Assembly: GCA_949443285.1 (NCBI GenBank)
Contig: CASSLW010000008.1
Coordinates: forward strand, 460 to 64,459
DNA length: 64,000 nt
Origin: an uncultured Clostridia bacterium
GTDB lineage: Bacteria > Bacillota > Clostridia > TANB77 > CAG-508
Direction: 5' to 3'
Below are positions 18,656-28,835 of this stretch, piece after piece; the stretch's first letter is position 1; the number at the start of each line of letters is the position of its first letter. The notes under the pieces are model-generated. The model did not search any database. It worked only from the letters and a program-made list of their open reading frames with translations, and had not been told where the DNA came from. The position numbers were made by a program, and so were the translations under genes.

Positions 18656-21628
18656 TTAGTAGCCCCCATTCGTTGCAAATCTATTTTTATTTTTTATTTT
18701 TTCAAGTCTTTTCCTTAATTCGTGTCCATCTATATATAAATTAAACTCGAAACTTAAATTTATTAGTATTTCTACTATTTTCTCAAGCAGTTCTATTACT
18801 TTTGAATTGTTACCTAGCCCCATTTCTTGATTTGCTTTCTTATATAGGTCCATAATTTTGTCTTCTGGAGCCACAACTTCTCCTTGGTGTCTGTTATCTC
18901 CTATCATTGCTAATTGTGGAGTGTTTGCTTTTACATATCCTCCTTCTGCTAAGCGTGGTAGATTAAGCCTTCCTATTTTGCCAATGCTTACTCCTGGTAT
19001 TAGATTGATTAGGTCTATTCCCCCATTGATTAGATTTATTGCTGAATTTATAGTTCTTTCTATTAAAGATATAACACCATTAATTCCTGTTTTTACAGCA
19101 TTAGATATAGCATTTCCTATGCTTGTTCCTAGATTAGTAAATGTATTTTTTATGCCATTCCAAAGATTTCCAAAAAATGTACCTATATTACTAAATACCC
19201 TAGTTATTCCGTTGTAGGCATCTTGGAATTTTTGAGAGAACCAGTTTCCAACTCCTGAGAATATATTACAAATTCCATTCCATACATCTGAGACAAAGCC
19301 CCAAATTCCATTCCATATACTAGTCCATACATCAGATATTAAATTTAAAGCATACTCGATATAAGCTTTTACTGTATCTATAGCCCCAGTTACAACATCT
19401 TTAATACCATTCCATATGCCTTCAAAGAAACCACTAATCGCTGTCCATATTCCTGAAAAAATTGAACTTATGCCATTCCAAGCCTTTTCCCAGTCCCCTG
19501 TGAATACTCCAACTATAAAGTCAATTAATCCTCCTAGCACTTGCCAAATGCCATTCAATATATCAGATATTATTCCAAAAGCATTCATAAACAGATTTCC
19601 GATTGTCTCAAAAATTGGGCTTAAAATAGGAACTACGTTTTCTACAATCCAATTAAAGATTGGCACTAACCAGGTATTCCATAATTCAGATATCCCATTT
19701 ATTAGCTTTCCAAAAAATTCAAGAAAACTATCAACCATAGGTTGTAAATGTTCTTTCCACAATGTATCAAATCTGCTTGCCCATTCATCTAAAATCGGCT
19801 TAATATTTTCATTCCATACGGTTAAAGCCGTTTTTAGTATTGAACTAAATCCATCTTTTATATTTTCTACTGCTGGTTTAATATATGCGTCATATACTTC
19901 CCAAAATTTTGAAAATGTGTCTTGTATTCCTTGCTTTATAGTCCCCAATATAGAACTTATAGGCTCTAATGCTCCTTGCAATGTTTGCTTTATTAAATCC
20001 TTATTAGCATTTAAGGGTTCTGTAATTATATATAAAATATCATTTCCTACTTGCCAAGCTATCTCCTTTATTCCTAAAAAACTATCAGTAAATATAGCCA
20101 TAATGTCCGCAGATATTTGTTTTGCAGTATCTCCCCTTAGGACACTAAATACATCTGCCAAGGTTATAGCAAATTTTCCTGATATCTCCTGACTTCGTGA
20201 AGATAAATCAAACATTCTAACTATGTGCCCTTTTAAATCTTCTTTATTTTGGTCTAAAAATAAATTAAATCCACCTAGCAAATTGTCTGCTATCGTCACG
20301 CCTATACTTGCTACACTTCCTGCCACTCTTCCTAGATTTAACATAAAAGTATTGCTCCAGTTATTGGCAGCATTTAATACTTCAGGCGCAGTAAATATAT
20401 CTTTTAAACTTTTCTTTATTCCTTCAATAGAACTTGTAATTCCTGAAAAATCAAAATCCCCAAGCCCTTCAAAAAAACCTTGTTTAAATAATCCTAGCAG
20501 TTCTTTGCTTTTTCCTATAAGGCTATCCATATATGAATTAGATTGTTGCAAATCTTTATTTCCAAAATCAAAAGAACCTAAGTCCCCCAACCCTGAACCT
20601 GCTCCTGAGCTACTATCGTCTTTATCAGTTTTTAGCACTTGCGCAGTGTCAAAAGAAGCTAAACTTTTAAGGTCTTTTGCTGATTTTTTAGCACTTTTAC
20701 CTATGTTTCCAACTGCGTCACTTGCAGTTGCTGCATCGGATGCTAAATCTGCAACAGCACTTGATCCATTATCTCCCCCAGCATTTCCAAAAATCATTTC
20801 TGTAAACTTTTTAAAAGCATTTGCTAGCACTTGTAGCCCTGACAATACCCAGTTTATTCCTTTTACAATCGGAGTAAATATATTGATAAATCCTTGACCC
20901 AAAGTTGCTTTTAATTCGTTAAATCTAAGACTTAAAACTCTAGTTTGATTTGCCCAGCTATCAGATGTTCTTGCAAAATCTCCCTGAGCCAAGCTTAATT
21001 TATCCATAACAAACCTGTATCTTAATGCTACTTTCTCCTGTTCAGACATCTTAGCTGTTGTTTTTCCATATCCATTTGCCATAGCATACTGGTCTAACGC
21101 ATTTTGTGTCATTACAACACCCAAATCTTTTAGACTTTCTGTTTCTCCTGTAAATACAGATTTTAATTTTGTATATGCTTCGTCAGGCTTCAAATTGTAA
21201 AATGAAGCTACATCTCCTGTCAACCCTGTTAATGTTTCGGACATTGCTAATGCTTCTTTATTAGTAAAACCAAAAGCTTTTGACATAGCCCCAAAAGTAC
21301 CTACATATTTTTTTGTTACTGTTTGTCCTAACCCAAATTGAGTAATTGCATTTTCGGCAAACTTGTTTACTTCTGTATTTAAATTGCCAAATGTAACATC
21401 TACTACGTTTTGTACCTCTGCTAAATCACTTCCCAATTCTAAACATTCTTTCCCAAAACCTATTATTGCTTTTACTGAAAATGCTGTTAATGCTAATTTT
21501 CCAATGCTCTTTAATGAATTTTCTATTCCTGAGCTTTTTACTGCATTTTCTGCACTTCTTAGTCCCTTGTTAAATGGATTAGAATTTAGCAACAATGAAA
21601 GGTCAATTGCTCCAACATTAGTGCTCAT
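18656..21628 (-). CDS. Tail tape measure protein
   Basis: 990 aa, W/F-periodic repeats, EVQNVVDVTFG, PRLAEGG. Confidence 0.92.
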   Translation of the reverse strand: MSTNVGAIDLSLLLNSNPFNKGLRSAENAVKSSGIENSLKSIGKLALTAFSVKAIIGFGKECLELGSDLAEVQNVVDVTFGNLNTEVNKFAENAITQFGLGQTVTKKYVGTFGAMSKAFGFTNKEALAMSETLTGLTGDVASFYNLKPDEAYTKLKSVFTGETESLKDLGVVMTQNALDQYAMANGYGKTTAKMSEQEKVALRYRFVMDKLSLAQGDFARTSDSWANQTRVLSLRFNELKATLGQGFINIFTPIVKGINWVLSGLQVLANAFKKFTEMIFGNAGGDNGSSAVADLASDAATASDAVGNIGKSAKKSAKDLKSLASFDTAQVLKTDKDDSSSGAGSGLGDLGSFDFGNKDLQQSNSYMDSLIGKSKELLGLFKQGFFEGLGDFDFSGITSSIEGIKKSLKDIFTAPEVLNAANNWSNTFMLNLGRVAGSVASIGVTIADNLLGGFNLFLDQNKEDLKGHIVRMFDLSSRSQEISGKFAITLADVFSVLRGDTAKQISADIMAIFTDSFLGIKEIAWQVGNDILYIITEPLNANKDLIKQTLQGALEPISSILGTIKQGIQDTFSKFWEVYDAYIKPAVENIKDGFSSILKTALTVWNENIKPILDEWASRFDTLWKEHLQPMVDSFLEFFGKLINGISELWNTWLVPIFNWIVENVVPILSPIFETIGNLFMNAFGIISDILNGIWQVLGGLIDFIVGVFTGDWEKAWNGISSIFSGIWTAISGFFEGIWNGIKDVVTGAIDTVKAYIEYALNLISDVWTSIWNGIWGFVSDVWNGICNIFSGVGNWFSQKFQDAYNGITRVFSNIGTFFGNLWNGIKNTFTNLGTSIGNAISNAVKTGINGVISLIERTINSAINLINGGIDLINLIPGVSIGKIGRLNLPRLAEGGYVKANTPQLAMIGDNRHQGEVVAPEDKIMDLYKKANQEMGLGNNSKVIELLEKIVEILINLSFEFNLYIDGHELRKRLEKIKNKNRFATNGGY

Positions 21629-21671
21629 ACCTACTCCTCCCTTCTTTAAAGTAAAAGTAGGTATTGGCTAA

Positions 21672-21824
21672 CTACTCACCAATAACGGTCGTGTTGCTCA
21701 CTCTATCTTTTTTATCTATATTAATTTTAATTGTTTTCTTACATCGTATACATTTTATTTCGCCCTTGCATTCTTCTGCTTTTATTAAAAGCTGATTACA
21801 ATTTGGGCATCTTACTTCTATCAT
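21672..21824 (-). CDS. Com-family zinc-finger protein (50 aa)
   Basis: Own translation MIEVRCPNCNQLLIKAEECKGEIKCIRCKK. Confidence 0.7.
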   Translation of the reverse strand: MIEVRCPNCNQLLIKAEECKGEIKCIRCKKTIKINIDKKDRVSNTTVIGE

Positions 21825-21830
21825 TTGTTA

Positions 21831-22170
21831 TCACCCTGCCATTTCTTTGAAGGCTTTTTGCATTTCGGCAATAACCCTGTCGTATTCTTCTTTGTCTATT
21901 TTTTTTGCTATTTTATTTCTGTATTTTCTTCTTATTTCTTTTTGTTCTTGCGTAAAGTTCTTTAAAACTTCGTCATCATCCTCACTACGGATTTGAACAT
22001 TATTTCCGCAGTGGAGTATCTGCCATTAAGCCTGATATTAGATTACACAATTCTGCATAATCCATTGTGTCTATTTCTTTTCTTATTCTTATTCCATATT
22101 GCTTAGCAATACTTGCTTCTACTAGTGGCCAATCTTCTTCCAAATCGTACCATGTTTCATAGTCACTACT
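21831..22170 (-). CDS. Gp15-like tail assembly protein, with +1 shift at CGG 22006-22008; start uncertain
   Basis: WYDLEEDWPLVEASIAKQYGIRI...GLMADTPL-GNNVQIRSEDDDEVLKNFTQEQKEIR. Confidence 0.75.
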
Positions 22171-22462
22171 CGTGTTGAAATCGTTTCTCCATTTCCTCAT
22201 AAGAAACTTCGTTTACTTGTGCTGCTGCTGCAATTATTATAATTTTCATTTCTTTTATAGTCATTTTCATTTCTTCTATATCTTTTAATATTTTCTTTCC
22301 TAAAAGCATTTCTATTGCTTTTAATACTTCACCTTTTTTAAAGTAATCTTCTGTTTTTAGCATTGTTATTGCACTACAGTCTACTTCATAAGTCTTGCCT
22401 GGTGCAATTGTTATTTCTTGTTTTTCGTGTCCTAATTTTGAACTAATATCTAAATTTGCCAT
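22166..22462 (-). CDS. Tail assembly chaperone
   Basis: Position between major tail and gp15/TMP. Confidence 0.65.
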   Translation of the reverse strand: MANLDISSKLGHEKQEITIAPGKTYEVDCSAITMLKTEDYFKKGEVLKAIEMLLGKKILKDIEEMKMTIKEMKIIIIAAAAQVNEVSYEEMEKRFQHE

Positions 22463-22509
22463 TTTGGCTTCCTCCTAAATATAAATTTTGGGAGAGCTTA
22501 TTTGCTCTC

Positions 22510-22983
22510 CTATTTTGATGCTGCCGATTTTGCTTGCGGTGTTGCTTGCGGTGTTGCTTCTGTGTATGTTGGTTTTCCATTTGACATGACATCAAATTCT
22601 AGCGGAATAACTTCCGTTGATTTTCCACCACCCCAGTTAGTAACATTTATTACTGCATTTTCAAATATTAATTTCGCTCCGTCTGGGAAAGTCCATTGTA
22701 AACAGCCTTCTGCATCTCTACCATTAGCTAACGCTTTACTTGCTATGTAATCATTTCCTACATCTCCAAAATTTCTTTTTCCAGATATAGAAATTGTAAC
22801 TGATTTAGATGTCATTAATCTTTTAATCCAACCTTTTTGGTCAAACGGATTCCACTCTTCTACACCATTATCAAGTTTTATGCTAAATGTTTCCATATCA
22901 GCTATTTCTGTTAAAGCTTCCTTATTTGCACCTACTTGAAATTGGTTTTCATATACTGGATAAACTCCTGTTTTTACTGCCAT
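22510..22983 (-). CDS. Major tail tube protein
   Basis: SGKRNFGDVGNDY, LEFDVMSNGKP; position. Confidence 0.8.
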   Translation of the reverse strand: MAVKTGVYPVYENQFQVGANKEALTEIADMETFSIKLDNGVEEWNPFDQKGWIKRLMTSKSVTISISGKRNFGDVGNDYIASKALANGRDAEGCLQWTFPDGAKLIFENAVINVTNWGGGKSTEVIPLEFDVMSNGKPTYTEATPQATPQAKSAASK

Positions 22984-22984
22984 T

Positions 22985-23386
22985 TTATTTTCCTCCTTTT
23001 CGATATAATAAATTTAATTCTACTGAAAACTTGTATACATTGTTTTCGTCTGTGCCCAAGTCGATTGGGCCGTTATATAAGCACTCAATTGAGCAATTAT
23101 ACTCACCTATAAAGAAAGAGTTACAGTCTAGTAACTCATAAATTTGGTTGGCCTTTTCTTCGGCCATATTGTAATATTTTGTCCATCTAAGTAATAACGT
23201 AATTGGTAATATTCCGTATGTTCTTAACTGTCTGAATTTCGAATTATCTTCAAGCTGTCGTTTATTTGCATATATTGCAATAGCCTGTTCTTGATTTTCG
23301 TCCATTTTGCCAATAAACCACTTTGGACACTCAATAATAGTCTTTAAATAATCTTTTATTTGTGCTGTTTTAATTCTCTTTATCAT
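22985..23386 (-). CDS. Tail terminator / minor capsid-family protein
   Basis: PIDLGTDENNVY motif; neck module position. Confidence 0.65.
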   Translation of the reverse strand: MIKRIKTAQIKDYLKTIIECPKWFIGKMDENQEQAIAIYANKRQLEDNSKFRQLRTYGILPITLLLRWTKYYNMAEEKANQIYELLDCNSFFIGEYNCSIECLYNGPIDLGTDENNVYKFSVELNLLYRKGGK

Positions 23387-23745
23387 TGCCCTATTCTCCT
23401 TTTATAACATCGCTTAAAATACTTTATCGGCAAGTCTTTTTTACTTCCTGATATGTAGTCGTCAAGCCAATGCTGTTTTGCATTTGGGTTTTGAACTTGT
23501 TTTATGTGTATCTCAGGGTCGAAATACACCCTTCTAGCGTATGGTTTGTCAAACATTATATGTGCAACTCCTTTTATTAGCTTTTTGTCATCAACAAACA
23601 TATCACTTTCGAGGTCTCCTTTATCTTTTGGAACTGTTTGACTTTGTACTAAATCAGTTTTTATCGCTTCTGCAGTATCTAGCAATGCTAATTTTGCTTG
23701 GTCGTTTATCATTTCTAATACTTTTGTATTCCACTTTATCTCCAT
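23383..23745 (-). CDS. Neck / minor capsid protein
   Basis: VPKDKGDLE, PYARRVYF, NPNA motifs. Confidence 0.7.
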   Translation of the reverse strand: MEIKWNTKVLEMINDQAKLALLDTAEAIKTDLVQSQTVPKDKGDLESDMFVDDKKLIKGVAHIMFDKPYARRVYFDPEIHIKQVQNPNAKQHWLDDYISGSKKDLPIKYFKRCYKRRIGQ

Positions 23746-23746
23746 A

Positions 23747-24187
23747 TTACATCAACTCCAATGTTGTGTGATGAACTGAGCCGTCAGGATTTCTAGGTTT
23801 GCTTGCTTGATAAATTTCATATTTACGGTCATTAATCTTTACAATTCCGCCAGTAATCTTTTTTACTTCTTGCTTTTGGGTTTTAAACTCTACACTTGTG
23901 TTGTCTAAAATATCTACTTGCATTTCGTTAATCTCTTTTACTGTAAATGGTCTCGCAGGAATTACAGAAATATCTCCTGAAAGTATTACTTTTCCGACCA
24001 GTTCAACTTTTTTGCCCTCTGGACTAATTATTACCTTGGTTTTTTCAACAAATCTACATTTTTGATTTTTTAATTCAAAAGCAGGTAAAGGCCCACCTTC
24101 TTCAGATAGACCTTCTTGATACAATATAACGTCACACTCATTATTTAATAATCTTTTTAGGTGGTTTGGGTTTAATTTTTTAATCAT
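23747..24187 (-). CDS. Head closure protein
   Basis: RNPDGSVHHTTLEL C-terminus; position. Confidence 0.6.
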   Translation of the reverse strand: MIKKLNPNHLKRLLNNECDVILYQEGLSEEGGPLPAFELKNQKCRFVEKTKVIISPEGKKVELVGKVILSGDISVIPARPFTVKEINEMQVDILDNTSVEFKTQKQEVKKITGGIVKINDRKYEIYQASKPRNPDGSVHHTTLELM

Positions 24188-24567
24188 AATATCCTATTTG
24201 TTAGCCCTGTTCTTTTTAAGTAGAAAAAAGCTAACTTAGACAATTTGAGTTTATCGCTCATCTCTTGTCTATCTTTCAAATTAACAGTTAAGTCCCCACC
24301 TATATTATAACTATTAAGTTCGGTATCGCCGTATATACTTTCTTCTTTTACATATTCTGCTTGCATACAAGTAGCTTTAATTATTAAATCTTTTTGTTGT
24401 TCTGTTAAATTGTCAAAACCCCTTCTTTCAATTCTTGTTAATGTAGCATTGTTTATATCTATTGAAGCTAACTCTAAATATTTTTCAATTTCATTATCTT
24501 CTAATATTTTTGAACCATATTTATTGTAGTCTTCTTTTGTTGCATAAATTTTTATCATTTGCAACAC
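24184..24567 (-). CDS. Head-tail connector protein
   Basis: YAT..DY, IKATCMQAEY, LKRTGL. Confidence 0.65.
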   Translation of the reverse strand: MLQMIKIYATKEDYNKYGSKILEDNEIEKYLELASIDINNATLTRIERRGFDNLTEQQKDLIIKATCMQAEYVKEESIYGDTELNSYNIGGDLTVNLKDRQEMSDKLKLSKLAFFYLKRTGLTNRIL

Positions 24568-24570
24568 CTC

Positions 24571-24855
24571 TTATTTTAATTTCTTTTTAAGTTCTTCTAT
24601 TTCGACCGTTAATTTCTCGTTATCGGCCACTAATTTTTCGTTATCGGCCGTTAACTTTTCATTATTATCAGTTAATATTTCATTTGCTTTTGTTAATTCT
24701 TCAACTTTTTTTGTTAACTTATCAACTTCTTTTTGCAAATCTTTAGAAGCTACTTTTTTAGTAGCTCCTACTTTATTATATCCTCTAGCTTCGTATTGAG
24801 CTAAATCCTCTTCTTTTATAGATAATATTACATTATCTTTTACTATTTTTATCAT
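24571..24855 (-). CDS. Coiled-coil phage protein
   Basis: Heptad repeats NEKLTAD/NEKLVAD. Confidence 0.6.
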   Translation of the reverse strand: MIKIVKDNVILSIKEEDLAQYEARGYNKVGATKKVASKDLQKEVDKLTKKVEELTKANEILTDNNEKLTADNEKLVADNEKLTVEIEELKKKLK

Positions 24856-24864
24856 AATGACCTC

Positions 24865-25797
24865 CTATTCAGCTGTATATGTTTCTGTATCAACATCAAC
24901 ATATATACTATCAATTTTGTTATCTTTTCCGTTAGGGAATACGAATGTATCAGATAAACTTCTATCTTGATATAAGTATCCATCACCTTCAGTGTGTGCC
25001 CCTGGATTAAAGTAATAAATACTTGAAATCTTAGGAACTGTTTTTACAGTTAGCGGAGATGCAATCAAGACGTTGATTTTATGAGATGTTCCTGCAACTG
25101 GTAAGAAACCATCAGTGAAATCAAATTTATCATAAAATCTTTCGTCATCTATTACCTCTATTAATGTTACACCGTCAATATCAGTAATTCTTGATTCGAT
25201 ACCAAGCCCACCTTCTGCAATTTGTGTCATTTCTATTTTTCTAGTAAAGTCTGTTGATTGTTCTAATAAATCCATTATTGTAGAATTTACGTAAGCTATT
25301 AAAGCCCCTTTTGCAACGTATCTTCTTAATTTACCAGCACTTAGCATCGCTTTTAATTTTCCATATACATTTTCTTTTGTATATGTGCTAATAGATGTTT
25401 CACTATGATATCCTTCTAATTTTTGAGCTTCTGTAGCAACTTTAGAGAAGAAATAAGCATCTGTTTCTGGTACTTGTTGTGTTTTGTGAAATACTTCAGA
25501 AATGTTTTTTATCGAAGCTGTTTGATTTGTTTCATCTACATCAATTTTATCAATTAAGAATGATATGTCTCTATCGTGAGTTAATGTGAATGGAACATCT
25601 TCTTGATTATAATCTCCCTTATTCCATCCTCCTTTTCTGCTATGTGCTTTATATCCCCCTGTGCTCATTTGTGTAAAGTGGAATGTTTTCGCATTCAACC
25701 ATTTAACTGCTGTAGTTATGAATGGCGATGTTAAACATCCTTGTTCCATAATTTCTAATAGGTCTGGTGACCATACTTCTGCATAATTTAATGCCAT
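24865..25797 (-). CDS. Major capsid protein
   Basis: 310 aa after scaffold; LTHDRDISFLIDKIDVDET. Confidence 0.85.
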   Translation of the reverse strand: MALNYAEVWSPDLLEIMEQGCLTSPFITTAVKWLNAKTFHFTQMSTGGYKAHSRKGGWNKGDYNQEDVPFTLTHDRDISFLIDKIDVDETNQTASIKNISEVFHKTQQVPETDAYFFSKVATEAQKLEGYHSETSISTYTKENVYGKLKAMLSAGKLRRYVAKGALIAYVNSTIMDLLEQSTDFTRKIEMTQIAEGGLGIESRITDIDGVTLIEVIDDERFYDKFDFTDGFLPVAGTSHKINVLIASPLTVKTVPKISSIYYFNPGAHTEGDGYLYQDRSLSDTFVFPNGKDNKIDSIYVDVDTETYTAE

Positions 25798-25818
25798 AAT
25801 TAATCAATCCTTTCTTTT

Positions 25819-26430
25819 TTAAAATGAATTAAACCTGTTCCATCTTTTTGTAGCTACAGGTCTTTTTTGTTTTTGGTTGTTGTTAGAACCTTCTTGAGAA
25901 GCTCCAAACTTAAACCCTTTTTCGTCTTTTTCGTCTTCTTTTGCTACTTTTAGCTCTGGAAATTCTGCTATTACTGCGTTGATTTCTTCTTCAAGCTTAG
26001 TATCATTTACGATATTTCCTTCTAAGACTTTTGACATATCAACCAATCTCGCTGCTCTTTCTGCTTTTTTAACATCTACCCCTGCTTTGGCCATAGCAAG
26101 TGCAATTTTGTCAGTGTGATCAATTTGAGCTACTTCGTTCGGTTCTTCCTGCTTTTGTTCTTCTTGCTTGTTTTGAGTTTCTTGGACTTGCTTAGATGTT
26201 TTTCCTAGTTCTGCTTTTTCACTTGCTTGAGCATACTTTCTAGCTATAAATCCTTCCAACTCATCTTGATTTTTGAAAATTATTTCGCCATTTTCTCCTT
26301 TTTGTGCTACTGACTTTCTAATTTTCTCCCCCTCATCTTTTTTTGCAGAATTATTTTGCTCTTGTTTTTCCTGAGCTTTGTTATCTGCTGCAGTCTGAGT
26401 ATCTACATTTTCTTTTTTTTCGTCTTCCAT
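25819..26430 (-). CDS. Capsid scaffolding protein
   Basis: Charged low-complexity protein upstream of capsid; start at ATG with GGAGG RBS. Confidence 0.7.
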   Translation of the reverse strand: MEDEKKENVDTQTAADNKAQEKQEQNNSAKKDEGEKIRKSVAQKGENGEIIFKNQDELEGFIARKYAQASEKAELGKTSKQVQETQNKQEEQKQEEPNEVAQIDHTDKIALAMAKAGVDVKKAERAARLVDMSKVLEGNIVNDTKLEEEINAVIAEFPELKVAKEDEKDEKGFKFGASQEGSNNNQKQKRPVATKRWNRFNSF

Positions 26431-26511
26431 ATTGGAACCTCCCCCGCTTAAAGTCCGTCGACTATATTTTTTCAACAAAAAAAGAGCCGATTAAGCTCTT
26501 AATTCAAAAAA

Positions 26512-26585
26512 TGGCTTCGGAAACTAGACTCGAACTAATAATCCAGCAGTCAAAGTGCTGTGTGATACCATTTCACTATTCCGAA
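26512..26585 (-). tRNA. tRNA-Gln(TTG), prophage-encoded
   Basis: Acceptor TTCGGAA/TTCCGAA, anticodon arm CAGCA-CTTTGAC-TGCTG, T loop TTCGAGT, encoded CCA. Confidence 0.85.
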
Positions 26586-26651
26586 ATATATAAAAAACAC
26601 CTACTTCTATATAAGTGTTTTTAATTTTCTCTATAATATTTATTGTGTTCA

Positions 26652-26978
26652 TTATTTCTGTTTGCATTTTTTCATTGAGTCCTGTATGTACGGTATTACT
26701 GTGTTAAGCCAATAATTTGTTGAAGTTTCTCCCCTTGACAAGCCCTTTCCTATATCTAATTTTTTAACATAGTATACTTTGTCTTTCACCAATTCTTTTC
26801 CTGTAATTTCTTTATATACTATAGAAAAATCATTAACAAATGTATCTTTACTGTATGTATATTCATTTTTATTATAGTATTCCCTGAATTTTTCCCATAA
26901 GTACTCATCGCCTCTAGCTCTTTGGGCTTCTATATAGGGCTTTTCAAAAATCTTCTGTAATTTAGATTCCATTTTCAA
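26652..26978 (-). CDS. Hypothetical protein, candidate immunity protein for MuF toxin
   Basis: Small ORF overlapping the 3' end of the MuF-ART gene. Confidence 0.5.
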   Translation of the reverse strand: MKMESKLQKIFEKPYIEAQRARGDEYLWEKFREYYNKNEYTYSKDTFVNDFSIVYKEITGKELVKDKVYYVKKLDIGKGLSRGETSTNYWLNTVIPYIQDSMKKCKQK

Positions 26979-28824
26979 TTACCTCCATAACTATTCTTAA
27001 TGTTCCATCCGTATCTTTAAATACTTCTTGTATTTTAAATTTCGTTTCCCTTTGTAGTAAAAATTCATATTCTATATCTTTATAGCTTGTACTTAATTCG
27101 TTTATATATAGCCCCTTTGTCCCTTTTGGCATATAAATATCATATACAACTTCTCTTAATTCATCTTTAAAATCTCTAATTGATGTACTTATAAACGCCT
27201 TATCTGAGCACTCTTTTCCTTTTAGTAATTCATTTAATTCTTCTATGCTTTTATCTTTTAACTGATATTCTTTAAGACCTGTAAATTTACTTGCTCCATC
27301 AAATTCAACGTGTCTATGTACTATCATATCTTCGATTGTAGTAGAATTATTTAATGCTTCTGTTATGTTATCTATATTTTTGCTTAATCTTTCGCCCACT
27401 TTTCTTTCTGTTCGTAGACTCCTGTTTATATCATCAAAATCCATTCCAGTATAATCCGCAATGCTTAACTTTTGATTTGCATTTAATTTGTCTAATTTAT
27501 TTTGATATAATTTTGTTAAAGTATCTGATTGCTCAGTTGTATATTGTTTAGCATTATTATATCTATTTTCAAAAGTATTATCAAAGTAATTACTTTTTCT
27601 ATTTTTTATATTTTCTAGTTTTGCTATTTTTGTATTGCTTTTTTGGGCTAATTCTAAATACTCATCTCCCATACCCATTTTATACATCTTGTAGTTAATA
27701 ACTAAATTTCTTTGGTCAGGAGTTAATTCAGATACTTCTATATCTTTATATTTATTAAAATTACTTAGCAACGTGTCTTCTTCTATTTTACTACTGTCTA
27801 TCTGATTTTGCAATTCATTTGCTTTATTTTGATATTTTTCTATATTTTCAGGGCATAAACTTCCAATTGCCAATCTTTCATACTGTTTCTTTCTTTGCTG
27901 CAAATATTGCGTGTATTGGTCATTTTTGTTGTGATTATGCTCTGCTTCTGTCACTTCTTCGGGTTCATCATTTATGCCTTCATAATATGTGTGAGAACCG
28001 TGTTGACACCTAGGATGAAATAATCCACCTTCTATAGCAGTGCTTAATAGTGGATATTTTCCATCTTTTTCTATGCCACCTGACCAAACATCGTCTATGT
28101 ATACTCTTCCTTGCCAATTTGCACATTTATCACAAGCCCTGCTGTGCTTAGATATATAAACTAACGGATTTCCTAACTTTTTTCGCATTTCACCTTCGCC
28201 CATTAGATTAGCTCTTTTATTTGCTGTTCTAACAGCCATATCACAATAATCTGCTATGTTTACTCTTCTTCCATCTTTGTATTCAATACAGTTAAATCCT
28301 TTTGCTAGAAAGTCTTTACTAGCCATATCTATCGCCTGCTTTACTGTTCCTGCCCCAGTACCTGCATATACCTGAGCCTTATATATTATTTGCCTATACT
28401 GGTCATCAGCCATTCTCAAAGTTGCATATCTAACATCGTTTAAATCATTTTTAGTACTTTTAATTAAAGCATCTAATTTTCTGTGATTTAGTCCAAAAAA
28501 TGACCCACCTAATTGTGCATCTTCTTGTTTTATTATTCCTGCCTTTAATGCTTCTTTATTTGTTTTACTCGCACCTTCTCTAAATTGTTTTTTAATATGC
28601 TTATAAATGTGTCTATTAAATCCTTCTGTATTACTATCAAAAATTTCTGCATTTGCTTGCTTATAATCCTGTATTTGCTTTAATTTTAAAGCCTGCCATT
28701 GTGGCCAGTCAAATCCTTTTGATTTTTCGTCTTCTTTATGGCTCCATAATGTCCTTTTCATTCTTACTATTAGGTCTTGTTCTATTTCTTCCATTATTTT
28801 TTTGATATCATAATTGTCTTGCAT
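26962..28824 (-). CDS. MuF/minor capsid protein with C-terminal VIP2-like ADP-ribosyltransferase domain
   Basis: CDKCANWQG and GLFHPRCQH in the N-terminal part; YT..DINRSLR, IVHR, FISTS, EYEFLLQR (R-STS-ExE) at the C-terminus. Confidence 0.85.
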   Translation of the reverse strand: MQDNYDIKKIMEEIEQDLIVRMKRTLWSHKEDEKSKGFDWPQWQALKLKQIQDYKQANAEIFDSNTEGFNRHIYKHIKKQFREGASKTNKEALKAGIIKQEDAQLGGSFFGLNHRKLDALIKSTKNDLNDVRYATLRMADDQYRQIIYKAQVYAGTGAGTVKQAIDMASKDFLAKGFNCIEYKDGRRVNIADYCDMAVRTANKRANLMGEGEMRKKLGNPLVYISKHSRACDKCANWQGRVYIDDVWSGGIEKDGKYPLLSTAIEGGLFHPRCQHGSHTYYEGINDEPEEVTEAEHNHNKNDQYTQYLQQRKKQYERLAIGSLCPENIEKYQNKANELQNQIDSSKIEEDTLLSNFNKYKDIEVSELTPDQRNLVINYKMYKMGMGDEYLELAQKSNTKIAKLENIKNRKSNYFDNTFENRYNNAKQYTTEQSDTLTKLYQNKLDKLNANQKLSIADYTGMDFDDINRSLRTERKVGERLSKNIDNITEALNNSTTIEDMIVHRHVEFDGASKFTGLKEYQLKDKSIEELNELLKGKECSDKAFISTSIRDFKDELREVVYDIYMPKGTKGLYINELSTSYKDIEYEFLLQRETKFKIQEVFKDTDGTLRIVMEVIENGI

Positions 28825-28835
28825 TTAAACACCAC

